64,000 bases of DNA from Calcarisporiella thermophila CBS 279.70 (GCF_041956535.1 NW_027192202.1:110018-174017); one strand, 5' to 3'. Counted from the first letter of the stretch, positions 1 to 11,522 are shown. Numbers and translations: made by a program. The notes: generated by a model not told the origin, from the sequence alone.

Positions 1-344
1 GATTAGCTCCGAAAATTTAAAATATATAATAATAATATATTACCGATAGTCAACTCCCGATTTCTGTTGCGTGGAAACTCGGGAATGTGGAAGTTAGCGT
101 TAGAAATCCTAAAAGTACATAAAATCTTGTTGATTTTGAACAGTACTAGCCTTAAATAAGAACTAGAAAATAGATGGAAATAGTAGAATAGATATAATGT
201 TATAACAAGAGAAGCATTTTCACATACCACGTGGTATTTGTAATAGAGTAAATAATGTAGAACAAAGGTACGCTCAATTAAAAAATTGGTCTTCCGTAAG
301 TTGGATGAAAAGATTAGATTGATTGAATTACTAGATTATATCTC

Positions 345-393
345 GCTTTCGCTAGGCGATTCTCGTTGGTTAAATTCACCACGGTCCAGAACA
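345..393 (-). mobile_element. LTR-like end, inverted copy (element probably extends leftwards)
   Basis: Reverse complement TGTTCTGGACCGTGGTGAATTTAACCAACGAGAATCGCCTAGCGA aligns with the LTR start at 2020 (TGTTGTGAGGTGTGGTAAATTTAACCAATGAGAAGTCGGCTATCGA). It is separated from the 398 copy by only 4 bp (TATC). Confidence 0.6.
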
Positions 394-397
394 TATC

Positions 398-489
398 TGT
401 TGTGAAGTGTAGCAACTTTAACCAGCGAGAAGTTGGCTATCGAATTGAAAGTCTTAGCTAATTGAGGACTCCTTTTTGTTCGTTGCGAT
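398..489 (+). mobile_element. Truncated LTR 5' segment (direct repeat of 2020-2111)
   Basis: Ungapped alignment to 2020-2111 gives 70/92 identities by hand count. Begins TGTTGTG. 20 of the 22 mismatches are transitions. Confidence 0.7.
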
Positions 490-1914
490 CACTGGTGTGG
501 GCCTCGCTAAGTTTGTAATTGTGACTACGCCAATGTTGCATCAAATCTCAAGCGCTTTCTCCTACGATGAACTAAGTAGGCAATCACGGCCAAACTCGTC
601 TGGTCCCTTGGTTCCAGCAAGCAATGCTAGCCTACCCCCAGAGCCCAATCCAAGGCACCCGGCCACAGCAAGTACAGCTGGCCACCCGTGGCTCAAGGCA
701 ACCTTGAGCCCGCCTGACGCAATTGCGCTGAAGTCCTCAGCGCTCATCTTGACACGCAGGTTTTCACGGCACTCCCCACTGCCTCCAACGCACCAGCAGC
801 CTCGGAAGTCTCCCTGAATGTACATCCAGCATCCGACATCATCATCCGGACAATTTTGGATAGCGTTGTCGAGTCCACCCAGCAGCAGTGACCGCGTGAT
901 CTAGAGTTCAACTCGTGTATCAACACTTGGCCCGTCGGTGGGACTCAAGATAGGTCCTCGTTAGTGTCCAGCAATAACGTGGCAACCCTGGAGTCCTTTA
1001 GCACTGGGTCAACCACCACGGCACACGCAGTCGCGGCAGCGCGGCGAGTAGCACACAGCGAACACTCTCCAGCATCCTGTAAATAGGCAAGGTACCCGAC
1101 GGCCATGCAGATCTTGGCATATGCTGGCTCCAATACGGAGCCAGCATTGGACAACAGGTACGAGCCCATGAACCCGTGCACTCCCTCACTCTCCAGCCTC
1201 GCCCTCAGCGTATCTGGATGGCATGAAGTGTAATGGTGTGTGCCGCGCCACTTGTACCCATGGGTGCACGGCCAATCTCGTATTGCCGAACGAAACGGTG
1301 CCCCATACAACATCCCCCACGGCCCGAATCCCAGCCAGCGCCCGGTGGGTGTGGGACTTTCCACCGCTGGCTAAGCGACTTCGGGCCATGGACTAATTGG
1401 CGTGGGGCTACAATGGTCACATCCAACCCCGGTGCACTGCGGGACTGCGTGTGTGGAGTTGAGTATACTCCCACGTGCAGCTGCCCAGACTTCAGTCCAG
1501 ACTTGGTCCTGCCCACGCACCCATAAGCTGACGCCCGGGGATCGTGCTTTGGCGGCCTCAGCCCAGCTATCCAATGCCGTGCCAACGGCTGCCAACCTCG
1601 GGCTGGTGTCGCCCCAACCAACGTGCCTGTGGGCACATACTCCGCACTGCCCCACCAATCGGGTCCGAAGCCATATGTTCGAACAGTCTCTCCAGATCCG
1701 AGAGAGGAAGCAGCGTCTGTGAATACTCCACAACTTCCTCGGCAATACGGTGCCGCTGCACAAGGAGCACGGCTTGCACACTGACCATCAATTGCGGTGG
1801 GAAATCAATTGGGCCAGCTTCATCGAGGACCTCTGCGATCTTCCTCCGCTGTGAGCTATATATTGACATTTTAGATATGGATCCGTTCTCTATTACAGCA
1901 TTGCCATGAGTCAT
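490..1914 (-). pseudogene. Decayed intronless ORF (~450 aa) of unknown, possibly viral, origin inside the LTR structure
   Basis: ORFs 1567-1938, 1371-1781, 945-1364, 744-926 and 562-825 join into one protein-like reading with ~2 frameshifts and a few stops. 1781->744 is a single frame with only two stops. Visibly GC-richer than the flanks. No gag, RT or integrase motif recognised. Confidence 0.5.
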
Positions 1915-2001
1915 GATGGAAGCTCGACAAGAAGGCAAGTAAGAAAATTTTTGTGAAGACGAGTGACGGAGATGATCGAGTGAAGTAGGCTGGAGTTTCG
2001 A

Positions 2002-2684
2002 CTTTTAAGAGTGGAAGGTTGTTGTGAGGTGTGGTAAATTTAACCAATGAGAAGTCGGCTATCGAGCTAGTGATTTTGGCCAGTTGAGGATTCCTCTTTG
2101 TTTGTCGCGATTTCCTCGGTCGACGCAAACTTTTTTTTTGATCAATTGATGGAAACATTTATTAGTTTCCAAATATGACAAGAAGTTAATTTGATTACAA
2201 AGAGGGAAAATTATATGAAGGGATAAGATTGGATGGCAGAGATATTCGGGAATAACTTACGTGTGATCATGAAAAGGAAGAATAAGAAGGAGTAGAGAAG
2301 AAAATAAAAAGAAAGACAGAGTGAAAATGAAATATAAGAATAGCGTGTATGTAATGTTCCTATAGTAATTGGGTATTCGGTGAGAGGAATAGGTTGTAAA
2401 GGAGAATTAAAAGGAAATGGAATAGAGGGTGTATAAGCGGTCACTCCAGTACTATCAGCTCCTCCTTTTACCACTCCTTGTTTGCACCACCTTTTTCGGA
2501 GAACAATTAAGAAGTAGTAATAGCAGAGTAACCAGACACAACAGGAACTGAGAGCAAGGGTTAGGAGAGACAGTATTAATGGAAAGACAAGGCACGACAG
2601 GACGGCACTTTTTTCCAAGCCACTTTCCAAACCCTACTGCGCCATAGATCCATATATTATAGAATTTCCACCACAACCACAACA
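2002..2684 (+). mobile_element. Polypurine tract plus putative LTR of a Ty3/gypsy-like element adjacent to a tRNA gene
   Basis: PPT-like CTTTTAAGAGTGGAAGGT immediately precedes TGTTGTG (2020). The segment ends CACAACA (2678-2684), an inverted terminal repeat with TG...CA ends. The end lies 12 bp upstream of tRNA-Gln. No TSD found. Confidence 0.6.
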
Positions 2685-2696
2685 AGTGGTCAATTG

Positions 2697-2768
2697 GGTC
2701 CTATGGTGTAATCGGTAGCACCCAGGACTTTGAATCCTGTAACCTGAGTTCGATTCTCAGTGGGACCA
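2697..2768 (+). tRNA. tRNA-Gln (anticodon TTG)
   Basis: Acceptor stem GGTCCTA/TGGGACC+A, anticodon arm CAGGA-CTTTGAA-TCCTG, T-loop GTTCGATTC, 72 nt with no intron. Downstream T-runs act as a Pol III terminator. Confidence 0.97.
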
Positions 2769-2888
2769 TCTCTTTATTTTTGGGTCGAGGTTTTTTATTT
2801 TTTCAATTTTTTTTATGCTTCACTCTCACTTCTTTTTATTTTATTTCGATGCAAACAGGATGCATTACAATGAACAACACAATTTATT

Positions 2889-4650
2889 TCATACAATCCT
2901 TTTCATCATCAAGTCTCGATACATATCTACATTCTCCCAAGTTAACTTAACCAACTGCCGTCTAGTTAAAGGCTTGCGGGTAAAAGGGCATAGGTTCCGG
3001 GATTTAGGCGCATTCAGAATTTTAACCCAATTGTTGTAGTCGCACACATATCTGCGTAGAGCACAAATGCAAGAGATAGGCGAATTAACTCCTCTATAGT
3101 GAGAAAATAAAAAATGAGGCATACCCGTCCGGTGATATAGCCGGTTCCCTCATGGGTTGGTGAGTGATCATATCCGTTATGTCGGGCACCGGGTTAGTAG
3201 CCGCTAGTTCGATTTCGCGCTTATTTTTGAGGCGCTTGCTCTTTCCGCAGTAAGTGTTGGCCTTGACAAGATGCCGGTAGCTTGCTCGTAGCTCTGTGAC
3301 GAGGACACAAGGGAGGGGAGAGGCGAGATTTCCCGAGCTAACGAGAGTGTTGTAGGCATGATGGAGTTGGAATCCAGCGCGTCCAGGAAACTGTTTAGAG
3401 AGGAGGCCCCATGGGACGCGTGATTCGTCAAAGTTCTTGTCTGTGTCGGATTGAGGTTTGTCTGAATTTGAGGCGAAAGCCGAGAGTTGCCTGAGAAGTA
3501 GTGCTTGCTCTTCAGGAGTGAATTCGGAAGAATTAAAGGATTCTGTCTGATCGGGGGGCAGCAAGCGGTAGAGATATTCATCAGGGTCAGCTGCTAGTGC
3601 CAGCTCCGCGAGGAGCTGTTGAAGCTTTGGGTCAGAGAAACCGTAATAGAGCGGACCACTTATTACCATTGGAAGCATTAGTATTAACATCGAAAGAGTT
3701 TAGCCTAAGCGTGCATTGAAAAGGTTACCTTATTCTTGTATTTTTTGTGGATCGATAGGCTAGGCATACTTCTGTCCATGGCTGGGTGGGCGTATTGCCT
3801 TGGTAGCGTTTTCCTGTTGCTTTTTCCTCCACTAAGAATAATGGTTTCCCCTCAGGCCCCTCTTCAATAGACATCAGGAACTCTCTATCCCACTCTATAC
3901 GAAGCGCAAGAAATCCGGGTGGATATATGTGATGATAGAGTGCTGTTTGAGAGGACCAATAATCTGGATGAGGGTGATATCGGCCGAGCGAGAGGATGGT
4001 AGTTGGAGTTGAATCGAGTTTAAGAGGGAGTAGGGTCGTATTTTCTTCCTGAACTATCTTTGTGCCTATGTCTACATTAGTTTTCTCGAAATTCTTCGCC
4101 AGCAACTGCTCATCAAGGATAGCTTCTCTCCGCTGTCTCCCCTTTTTCCTGGTTCCCTCTTTTACGGCTTCTTCCGACTCAGCTACTAGTGTAGCGGAAT
4201 TAATTGCTTTTTCTAGCTTCCGTCTTAATGCTCTCGATTTTACAGGATCCGCAAGCTGATCTAAAACGGCCTGCTCGTCACCCCCATGAATCTCCAGAGC
4301 TAAATGCGCCTCTTCTCTTGAGAGCGAGGCCACCATAAGCATCTCGAGCTGTCAGTCAATTCAATCAGGGAAAATATCAGCATTTGTGGCATTTTGACCC
4401 AAATACACTCAGTTATAACCACCTTTTCATTTTCGAGCCTTTCCCTCCTCTTCTTGAATTGAGCCTGCAGTTTTGCAACTCGTTCGTTGACAATGCGTCT
4501 TTGCTCTTCGGTGAGAAAATCATCTTCATCATTGAGGAAAGTAGTGGCAGAAAGCGGAGGATCTACAGTGGCATGAGGACATGGAGAAGTACTGCGGGAA
4601 TGATTTTGCGGTGTGGCCAAAGAATCTGTACTCAGTTTTCGCTTCGACAT
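2889..4650 (-). CDS. Multi-exon protein with FYRN/FYRC, Myb/SANT-like and C-terminal U-box domains
   Basis: FYR: ILSLGRYH..IYPPGFLALR..FLMSIEEGPEGKPLFLV..GNTPTQPW..ISGPLYYGFSDP. Myb-like: FTPEEQALLL..PWGLLSKQFPGRAGFQ. U-box: DMITHQPMREPAISPDG|YVCDYNNW..CPFTRKPL. About 3 GT-AG introns join the ORFs in frame. Confidence 0.8.
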
Positions 4651-5360
4651 TGCATTTATGAATAGGAGGGAAATAAAGCGCGTTCGACGCGTTACTTCAC
4701 GGTACTGCGGCGCAGCAATTAATTAATTGTCATTTGCCTATAGACATGAAATCATTTTTAGTGCAATCGATACACAATCACTTGTAGTAGCTTTCCAAAA
4801 ACCACTATCAAAATTCTCCCTTCCTCTAGTAAGTTTTTCTCTATTTACAGACCTAACTAGTACCTCCCCCAATAATTACCTTAATATTTACTTCGATATT
4901 TACTTTATTAATTAAATTAATATTTAAACTAATACTTACCCTCATACGCTCCTTAGGCCATATTTAAAACCCTGTAATACAGTTGGTTAGTGCCAGCCGC
5001 ATTTTTATTCACTCTTAAACCCCCTTAGCACCTTATTAAATTGGATAGAGAGGTCTGCAACAGCGTCTGAAGGCAGGAGGAAACCTCAAAGAGGGAAAGA
5101 TTTTGCTCGCTAGCGGTATAAACCTATTTCCTTTGAGATAATCAACCATTGCTCCCGAACCTCTATCCTATACCAGGAATTTTTCCCAAAAATACAATCT
5201 CCTGTGTATGAAATTATGTACATAAAGCTTCGAAGAAATAGTAGTCAAGGATTCCATAGGAGACCGCCAAGAGAGTGGGATGGAATTCCCCACTTAAACC
5301 AAACTCCCTTGGATACAAGAACGAAAATATAATTCCTTGACACCATTTCTTCTTTTGACA

Positions 5361-5389
5361 CCTCCCCCCTCCCCCTCCCCCTCCCCCTC
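5361..5389 (+). repeat. (CCCCCT)n-like tract; G-quadruplex-capable on the minus strand
   Basis: CCTCCCCCCTCCCCCTCCCCCTCCCCCTC: four C-runs of 5-6 separated by single T. Confidence 0.8.
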
Positions 5390-6351
5390 TTCCAGCCCCA
5401 TCCAAATAAACTGTATAATTATAGTGCCAACTTCATAATCCGTTTGCACAATCCCTCGATATCTAGCGCTGGCCCAAGTGATTCAATCCTTGTAATATGC
5501 CTTTTAACCCCTGGTGTTTTCTTCTCCTCCGTCTCTTCATTATGCTTCGGAGGATGTTTCGTCGCCCGCTTATCCTTTTTTGTAAGGATTTTCTGGTTGA
5601 CTTCTACTTTCTCGTCTCCCGCAGAATCGCTATACGCATAAATCATGTTGTTTTCGTATGAACACGAAAAGAAGGTCGAAAACTTAGGTTTTCAACCACC
5701 ACAAGCGTGCGAGTGAACCAAACCGCCTCCAAACCGAAAGCTTCAACTAAACAGAACAATCAAACGCGAAAAAGTCGGGCGAGGCGAAAAAAATACCGTC
5801 CAGCCTCGGATTAAGTAGTATTAATATCTCTCTCTATGCTAGAGTTTCGATCAAGCTTGCTCTAAATTTTGTGATCGAATAGAAATTTTCTTCTAGAAGT
5901 GATATATCCACACCAATTAATCATATACTGAAAACGTGGTGAACTTTGTGACTATTTTTGGACTACAAAATTTATCTTCCATCATCCATCAAAAACAACA
6001 GCAAAGGGTGATCCAGTCAACTACTGTATATAATTCGGCCAAGTGTATCACTTGCACGGCCGCCGAGCCTCCCCTACCATCTAAGCTGCTGAAACTGAGC
6101 GCGATAGTTTCAAAACTTCAAATTGCTAAGCATGCTTTTACAATTGAAGTTCCCGTCGAGTGATGGGAAAACTTATTTCTAAGGTTGATTCCGGTGATTG
6201 TGGGATGAGATGGACTATCTCGCACTATAGCAATGCATTATCAATTGACGATAGATGCAATCACAATAATTTTGTTAACTCGCTCTTAACCATGTAATTG
6301 ACCCATATGGTACGGATTAAAGTGAACAGGTTGGAAAAGTTCCGCTCTATT

Positions 6352-6387
6352 TCAGGCACCACATCCATATATGGATGTGGTGCCTGA
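6352..6387. repeat. Perfect 36-bp palindrome
   Basis: TCAGGCACCACATCCATA|TATGGATGTGGTGCCTGA: arms are exact reverse complements with no spacer. Confidence 0.95.
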
Positions 6388-7429
6388 GAGAAGATTTCAT
6401 TGTGAATAGAAAATAGAATGAATGAAAATAAAATGACGCATCCAAACTAAAAAGATTTCTCTTTTTGGAAAGTCAATGTTAGTATACCATTTGCTCCTAC
6501 ATTCAAAGTCCTTAACAATGCCGCAAATTTGTAATTGCGGATGGGATAATCTCATCCAGTATCAAGTTTAAGAATAAAAAAAAGGTTTCCACTTTTTATC
6601 TCATATCTAAACGCTACTTTTAATACCACCTGAGCATCATCTAAGATATAGATATCGGTGGCCGTGTATGGTTGAAGAGTGTAAGGCTGTAGGCGCAAAG
6701 AGACTGCTCATTTCCATTCGCAATGCCTCGGGAGAAACAACGCATTTTCTAGGTCTCGTCCAAGGTTAAAACGAGTGGGCGATAGCAAGCCTGCCACGTT
6801 ACTGTTGAAATGCGCTCCATCTCTCCACGTGGGGCGACCGGGCTTTCGGCCATGACCTCATTCGATTTGTGTACGAGCCAATGCTACACACTACTAACTG
6901 CATAACATACATGACCTATTATGAGGGCAGCTGTGTTAGAGTTGACCTATTGAGGTTATCTTGTATACTCTACAGTGCGAACAGGGAGTTGTACCTTAGT
7001 TCTTAGATCAGTAGCTATGAGGACCGGATCCGCGGATGTAACCAGACTCTTGAAGCTTGTCGACTCCAGGGGGCGGTATAGGGTCGATATTCCCGTCCGC
7101 TTCGTGCCGATATAATAATGCTTTCACGATAGGCGAAGGGAAGGGAAAATCCAAAATTCCTTGGGAGTACAAATTCACAGCGCACAGCACCGCCATTTTC
7201 TATTCTCATTAAGTAAGGCATCTATTTCCCGACGCTTTCAGCACTGTTTATATGCGCAGATCACATGATCTCGTCGGATTGCTGCTGCCATCGTGGCCTG
7301 GCTTCAATAGCTCCGTCGAAACCTTGTACTGGATTGAAAAAAACTCAAACTTTCAGAATAGAGATATAATAGTATAGGGGAAGGAGAGGAGGGGGTGGAG
7401 AAGGGGTGCGGCTTTATGCGCTGTGAACA

Positions 7430-9391
7430 ATGGCAAGAACAGCCTCAGGAGGAAAGCTAGTGGAGTCTGACAGTGATGACGGAACCCAGCTGTGGTTTTC
7501 TTTGAAGGATATCGTCGAGGAGGCAGAGAAGGCGGCGTCCATGGTGGATACGTTCCGCTCAGGCAGGCAGACCGTGGCCCCTTCGGCTATCCAGAAGGCC
7601 TGGAATTATTTGAGGTGTCGACCCAAGGCTACCAAGGCGAAAAAAAAGGGAGATAGCCAGCACGGGGAAACTACCAACCCGCTAACAACTGGGAAAGCCG
7701 AGGAAAAACAAACGATATCTTGGCCCTGCTCGCAGAACGAGAGCTTTGAGTGTAGGCTACAGGTTCATATTAATCTACGAGATATCACCGACCTGCAGAA
7801 CTTGCTTCGCGAGTATCTGCTGAATGAGCCTATAGCGGGTCGACCACACTTTAAAGCGTCAAAAATGCATCGCCAGAAAACTTGCCTCAGCTTTGATTGC
7901 ACCCGCTATATAAAGTACACACAACCATTTACTAAATTGACCAAGGATAGTTTTCAGGATTCCGATTTGTCTGCATTATCTCGTCATTCATTCACTGAAT
8001 ACCTCCTTGACACCTACCTCTCGCCAAGATGTTTCCGCTACCATTGCCCGGTCAACCGCGTGGAGATAAAGAATTCTTTTCTCCGTGGCGAAATTAACAA
8101 GGGATTCCTTTACTCTGCCATCGCATGGAGCGCCCAACACTTGTATCAATACCATCCCAAAGCACATGGCCAAGAGCCCCGTCTCATGGCACTTGCAAAG
8201 TCTTATTTTAAAGAGGCCAAGCGAAGCATCCAAGACGTTTTTGATGAGCCTTCCGAGACCACTGTCTTGACGTCCTATAACATCTACTGCTATCTTCTTG
8301 CAATAAATAATCTACAGGAGGCTCACGCTTATCTCAATATTGCCGTTTCTATGGCACGGCAACTCAGAATCGACTGGGACATCGCGAGCGAAATGGATCC
8401 GCTTAGGAGGGAAGCAAGGAGGCGTCTATGGTAAAGCAAGTTGTAGACCCTGCTTGCATAGGCAACAAAAGGTTGACTTTAATTGCATTTACTTGCATCT
8501 CCTATCAGGTGGGCCCTGTTCAGTCACGAGCAGTGTTCTTTACTCTATGGAGGACGCTCTTTCACGTTGTATATTCCAGAAAACCTACATCTTTACAAGC
8601 CAACCCCTCTCCCCCACGAGGGAGATGATACCCGAAATACTTTGGTTTGTATCCGAAACAAATCCTGTTTTCATATCGAGTTGGCTGATGCTAATATAGA
8701 TGCCTTCTTTGTCCTGCAGCAATTTGTGACCAGTCTGACGAACTGGCATGCTCTTCTTCTCAACCTCCCACAAGTGGATTTCCGCGAGCCCGACGATTAC
8801 GTATTAAAAACGTTCGCGGCTGCCACCTCCATCATCGGCCGATTTTTACCCCCTTCGAACGACAAGAGGTATACCCGCCAAACTAAGCGACTTTCAAGTA
8901 CCGAATGTTTCTTTGAGTCACTATATTGGAGCGCGTGGGCCAGGGTGTGGTATAACTTCCTAGAGCCGGACGGGTCCAGACTGCCATCGCCGTATCGAAT
9001 GGAGACACCCTTAATGCGCATGTTACGTTCGATGGCCATAGAGGAGTGCGCAAGAGCCGCCAACCAAATTTCAACACTCCTCCAGGAAATCGTCCCTCTT
9101 CAAGATGACTGCAGCCCCATACCATACGGCTCCAATTTTCTGGCATGCCAAATACACCAGTACATAGTGGCGCACCATTCGGATTCGCAGATGGGCCGGG
9201 TCGCTTTTCAGCATCTTTACACTACCTATCGCCTGGTGAGCTCGAAAGGCGACCTTTTCTCGCGTTTTTCGACCAAGGGCTATCTAAAGATGGTGCTCGA
9301 TATTCTGGGAGAGATTGGCGCCAAAAGCCCGTATGCAAGAATCCATTTTGCCGACTTCGATTTCCCATCCTTTTTCCGCTCCATCATATAG
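7430..9391 (+). CDS. Fungal-specific transcription factor domain (Fungal_trans/MHR) protein
   Basis: FLYSAIAWSA..LAKSYFKEAK..EAHAYLNIAVSMARQLRID..RREARRRLW|WALF..LYGGRS is typical of the middle homology region. Introns at about 8431-8508 and 8646-8719. Confidence 0.8.
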
Positions 9392-9619
9392 TCTTGTATT
9401 TAGTTTGTAACAATAGTTCTTTCCCATGATTTTGTTATGGGTGAGTCATATTTTCGCTAGGTTTCCTGTCGCTATTTCAATGCAATAATAGTTGATATAT
9501 CGAGGATGCTCATGAATAATAGAAAATCAAAAGACGGCAAAATTGATAGACTATATAACAACAATAAAAAAATCCATCGGCCAAACACTTTGAAACTTTT
9601 ATTATCGAGCTCCACTGTA

Positions 9620-10422
9620 CTAGGCTCCATCCTCCATACCGGGGGGGGACACCGTGGATGAGTAAGCAGGGGGGACATCTCTGTAAGTCGGTGGTGCTGA
9701 TGGAGCTGGAGTAGGAGCGTATGGGGTGGGTGGGATATGGATTGCTGCATGGGGAGGTCGCATTGGCGTTATGAATTTCGAGCGAGCCAGGTGTATGTGC
9801 AACCTTTTTTTCTTTGCTTGGAAGGCACCTGGCAACCCACTGAAGTGTCGCTCCATTCTCCAAAGGAGCCCGTATTTTTGCATGTCATCGCGGCTCAAGC
9901 TTCCCAAGAGCGCCAGAAGTCCTGGAATAAACTGAGCGGGCCAAGGAAAATATAACATTAGGATCGTAAATAGGAAAGAACAGGGAGAGGATTTCGAAAT
10001 TACCACTTTTTCGAATTTGCGTTGGTATTTAATTGGAATGTAGATTAGAAAGAACGCGTATATCAATGTAACAAGGACCATGACAAGAACTATTGCCCAC
10101 CAATATTCTTTCGTAATATTGAAAGAATTGCCCAACACACACATGATAACAAAATACGTAATAGGGAAGAGGAGACATCTCCAAAAATTATATGGAAATT
10201 TCTCAGCAAGAAACTGGTCTAATTCCTCCTTTCGTGCACTGAACACCTCACTAGGCATCTAGAACAAATGCTAAGGTCAGAAGACAGAGACAGTATGATT
10301 TTCCGAGTACGTGCTTATCATATTACCAATTCTTCTAGAAATGAATTGTAATCGGTTATCACGAATTGGAGCCCACTACGCCAATGTTGTAATTCAATGG
10401 TTACGAGAATTTCATCTGTCAT
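9620..10422 (-). CDS. Small two-TM membrane protein with C-terminal PPxY motifs
   Basis: Two hydrophobic segments (LLFPITYFVIMCVLG; WWAIVLVMVLVTLIYAFFLIYI) and a Pro-rich tail with PPTY and PPAY. Probable first exon MTDEILVTIEL from 10422 and short introns. Confidence 0.6.
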
Positions 10423-11522
10423 TGTAATGGGAATATTGGTAGTATAATAAACGTCTTGTACTAAAGTTGCAAAACATCTTTTAAAAGCTAGAATAGCCTC
10501 AAAGTTCATTGGCCAGCGATTTGGTATATGTATGCTCTGCTCCAATGTACCAAGTCCTTGAAAGAAAATCTCGGTAAGAAAAATTACAAATCATCTCCGC
10601 CGCGCACAGTCATTGTTCAACGGCGAATTTGATAGTGCTGCTCTTTAATATGTACCTCCTCATTGAGTTGTAATATCGAATAAGTAGCTTTGGATTAAAA
10701 TACTTCACGACCTCCATATCCTTCATATGTTTTAATATGAGGCAGTGTGCACTGTTTAAAGCCTGGGCACAATTCCTTTTAGTCCGTATTCAAATAGAGT
10801 GCTTTTAGCTAATGGTTGCATTTGCCTTGTATCCAAGAGACGTGTTTAAATTCAGAGATTAACCTGAAAATAGGTCCTCTATAATGACCTCTTCAACCTA
10901 TATCCCATCTTAAAACCAACTTCAATGGATAGTGTCACATATCTATGCAATATATCTTTATTCGAATAGCTACCGAAACCTTCTCAAAATAAACGCCCTT
11001 GTATAAGGTTCCAGATCACATCATCTTCTATCGCAATGATTACTTTAACTATATAAGAACATAGATTAATATAGCTAGCAGTACCGACGCAAGTTGCTTG
11101 AAAACATCCATTGACATCATGATCGTTTGCACGGCAATAACCTTTCCTTGACACGATCTAACACACGTGTCAAATGGCGTAAGTTTTGAAGGGAATGCTT
11201 CCTTAAACCCTGAGGCCTATTTGAGTGCTTAACAGGATGCTCCAATAACATATACATTTCGGTCTATTTCACAGTTCCTCTGCTATTAGTATCATAATAC
11301 TCCCCATACTCAATAAGTCTGTATTCTCATCTTTCGGGAGGGACATCTTTAATATTCCAGTTGAAGTTAAATATTCACTTTAACTCTGCACTCCGACTAA
11401 CTAGTCTCGTACACTCTAAGCTCTCTCTTCTTGCCACTCCTTGCCGACAGCGAGCCATCTCTCAACTCACTTACATATCTCCTTCACTAGTTCTAGCTCC
11501 TTATTCATGATTCTCTACACCC

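Noticed and set aside
393-2689. Target-site duplication around the putative LTR element
   Set aside because: The left flank (ATATC) and right flank (AGTGG) do not match, so a single clean insertion event cannot be claimed.
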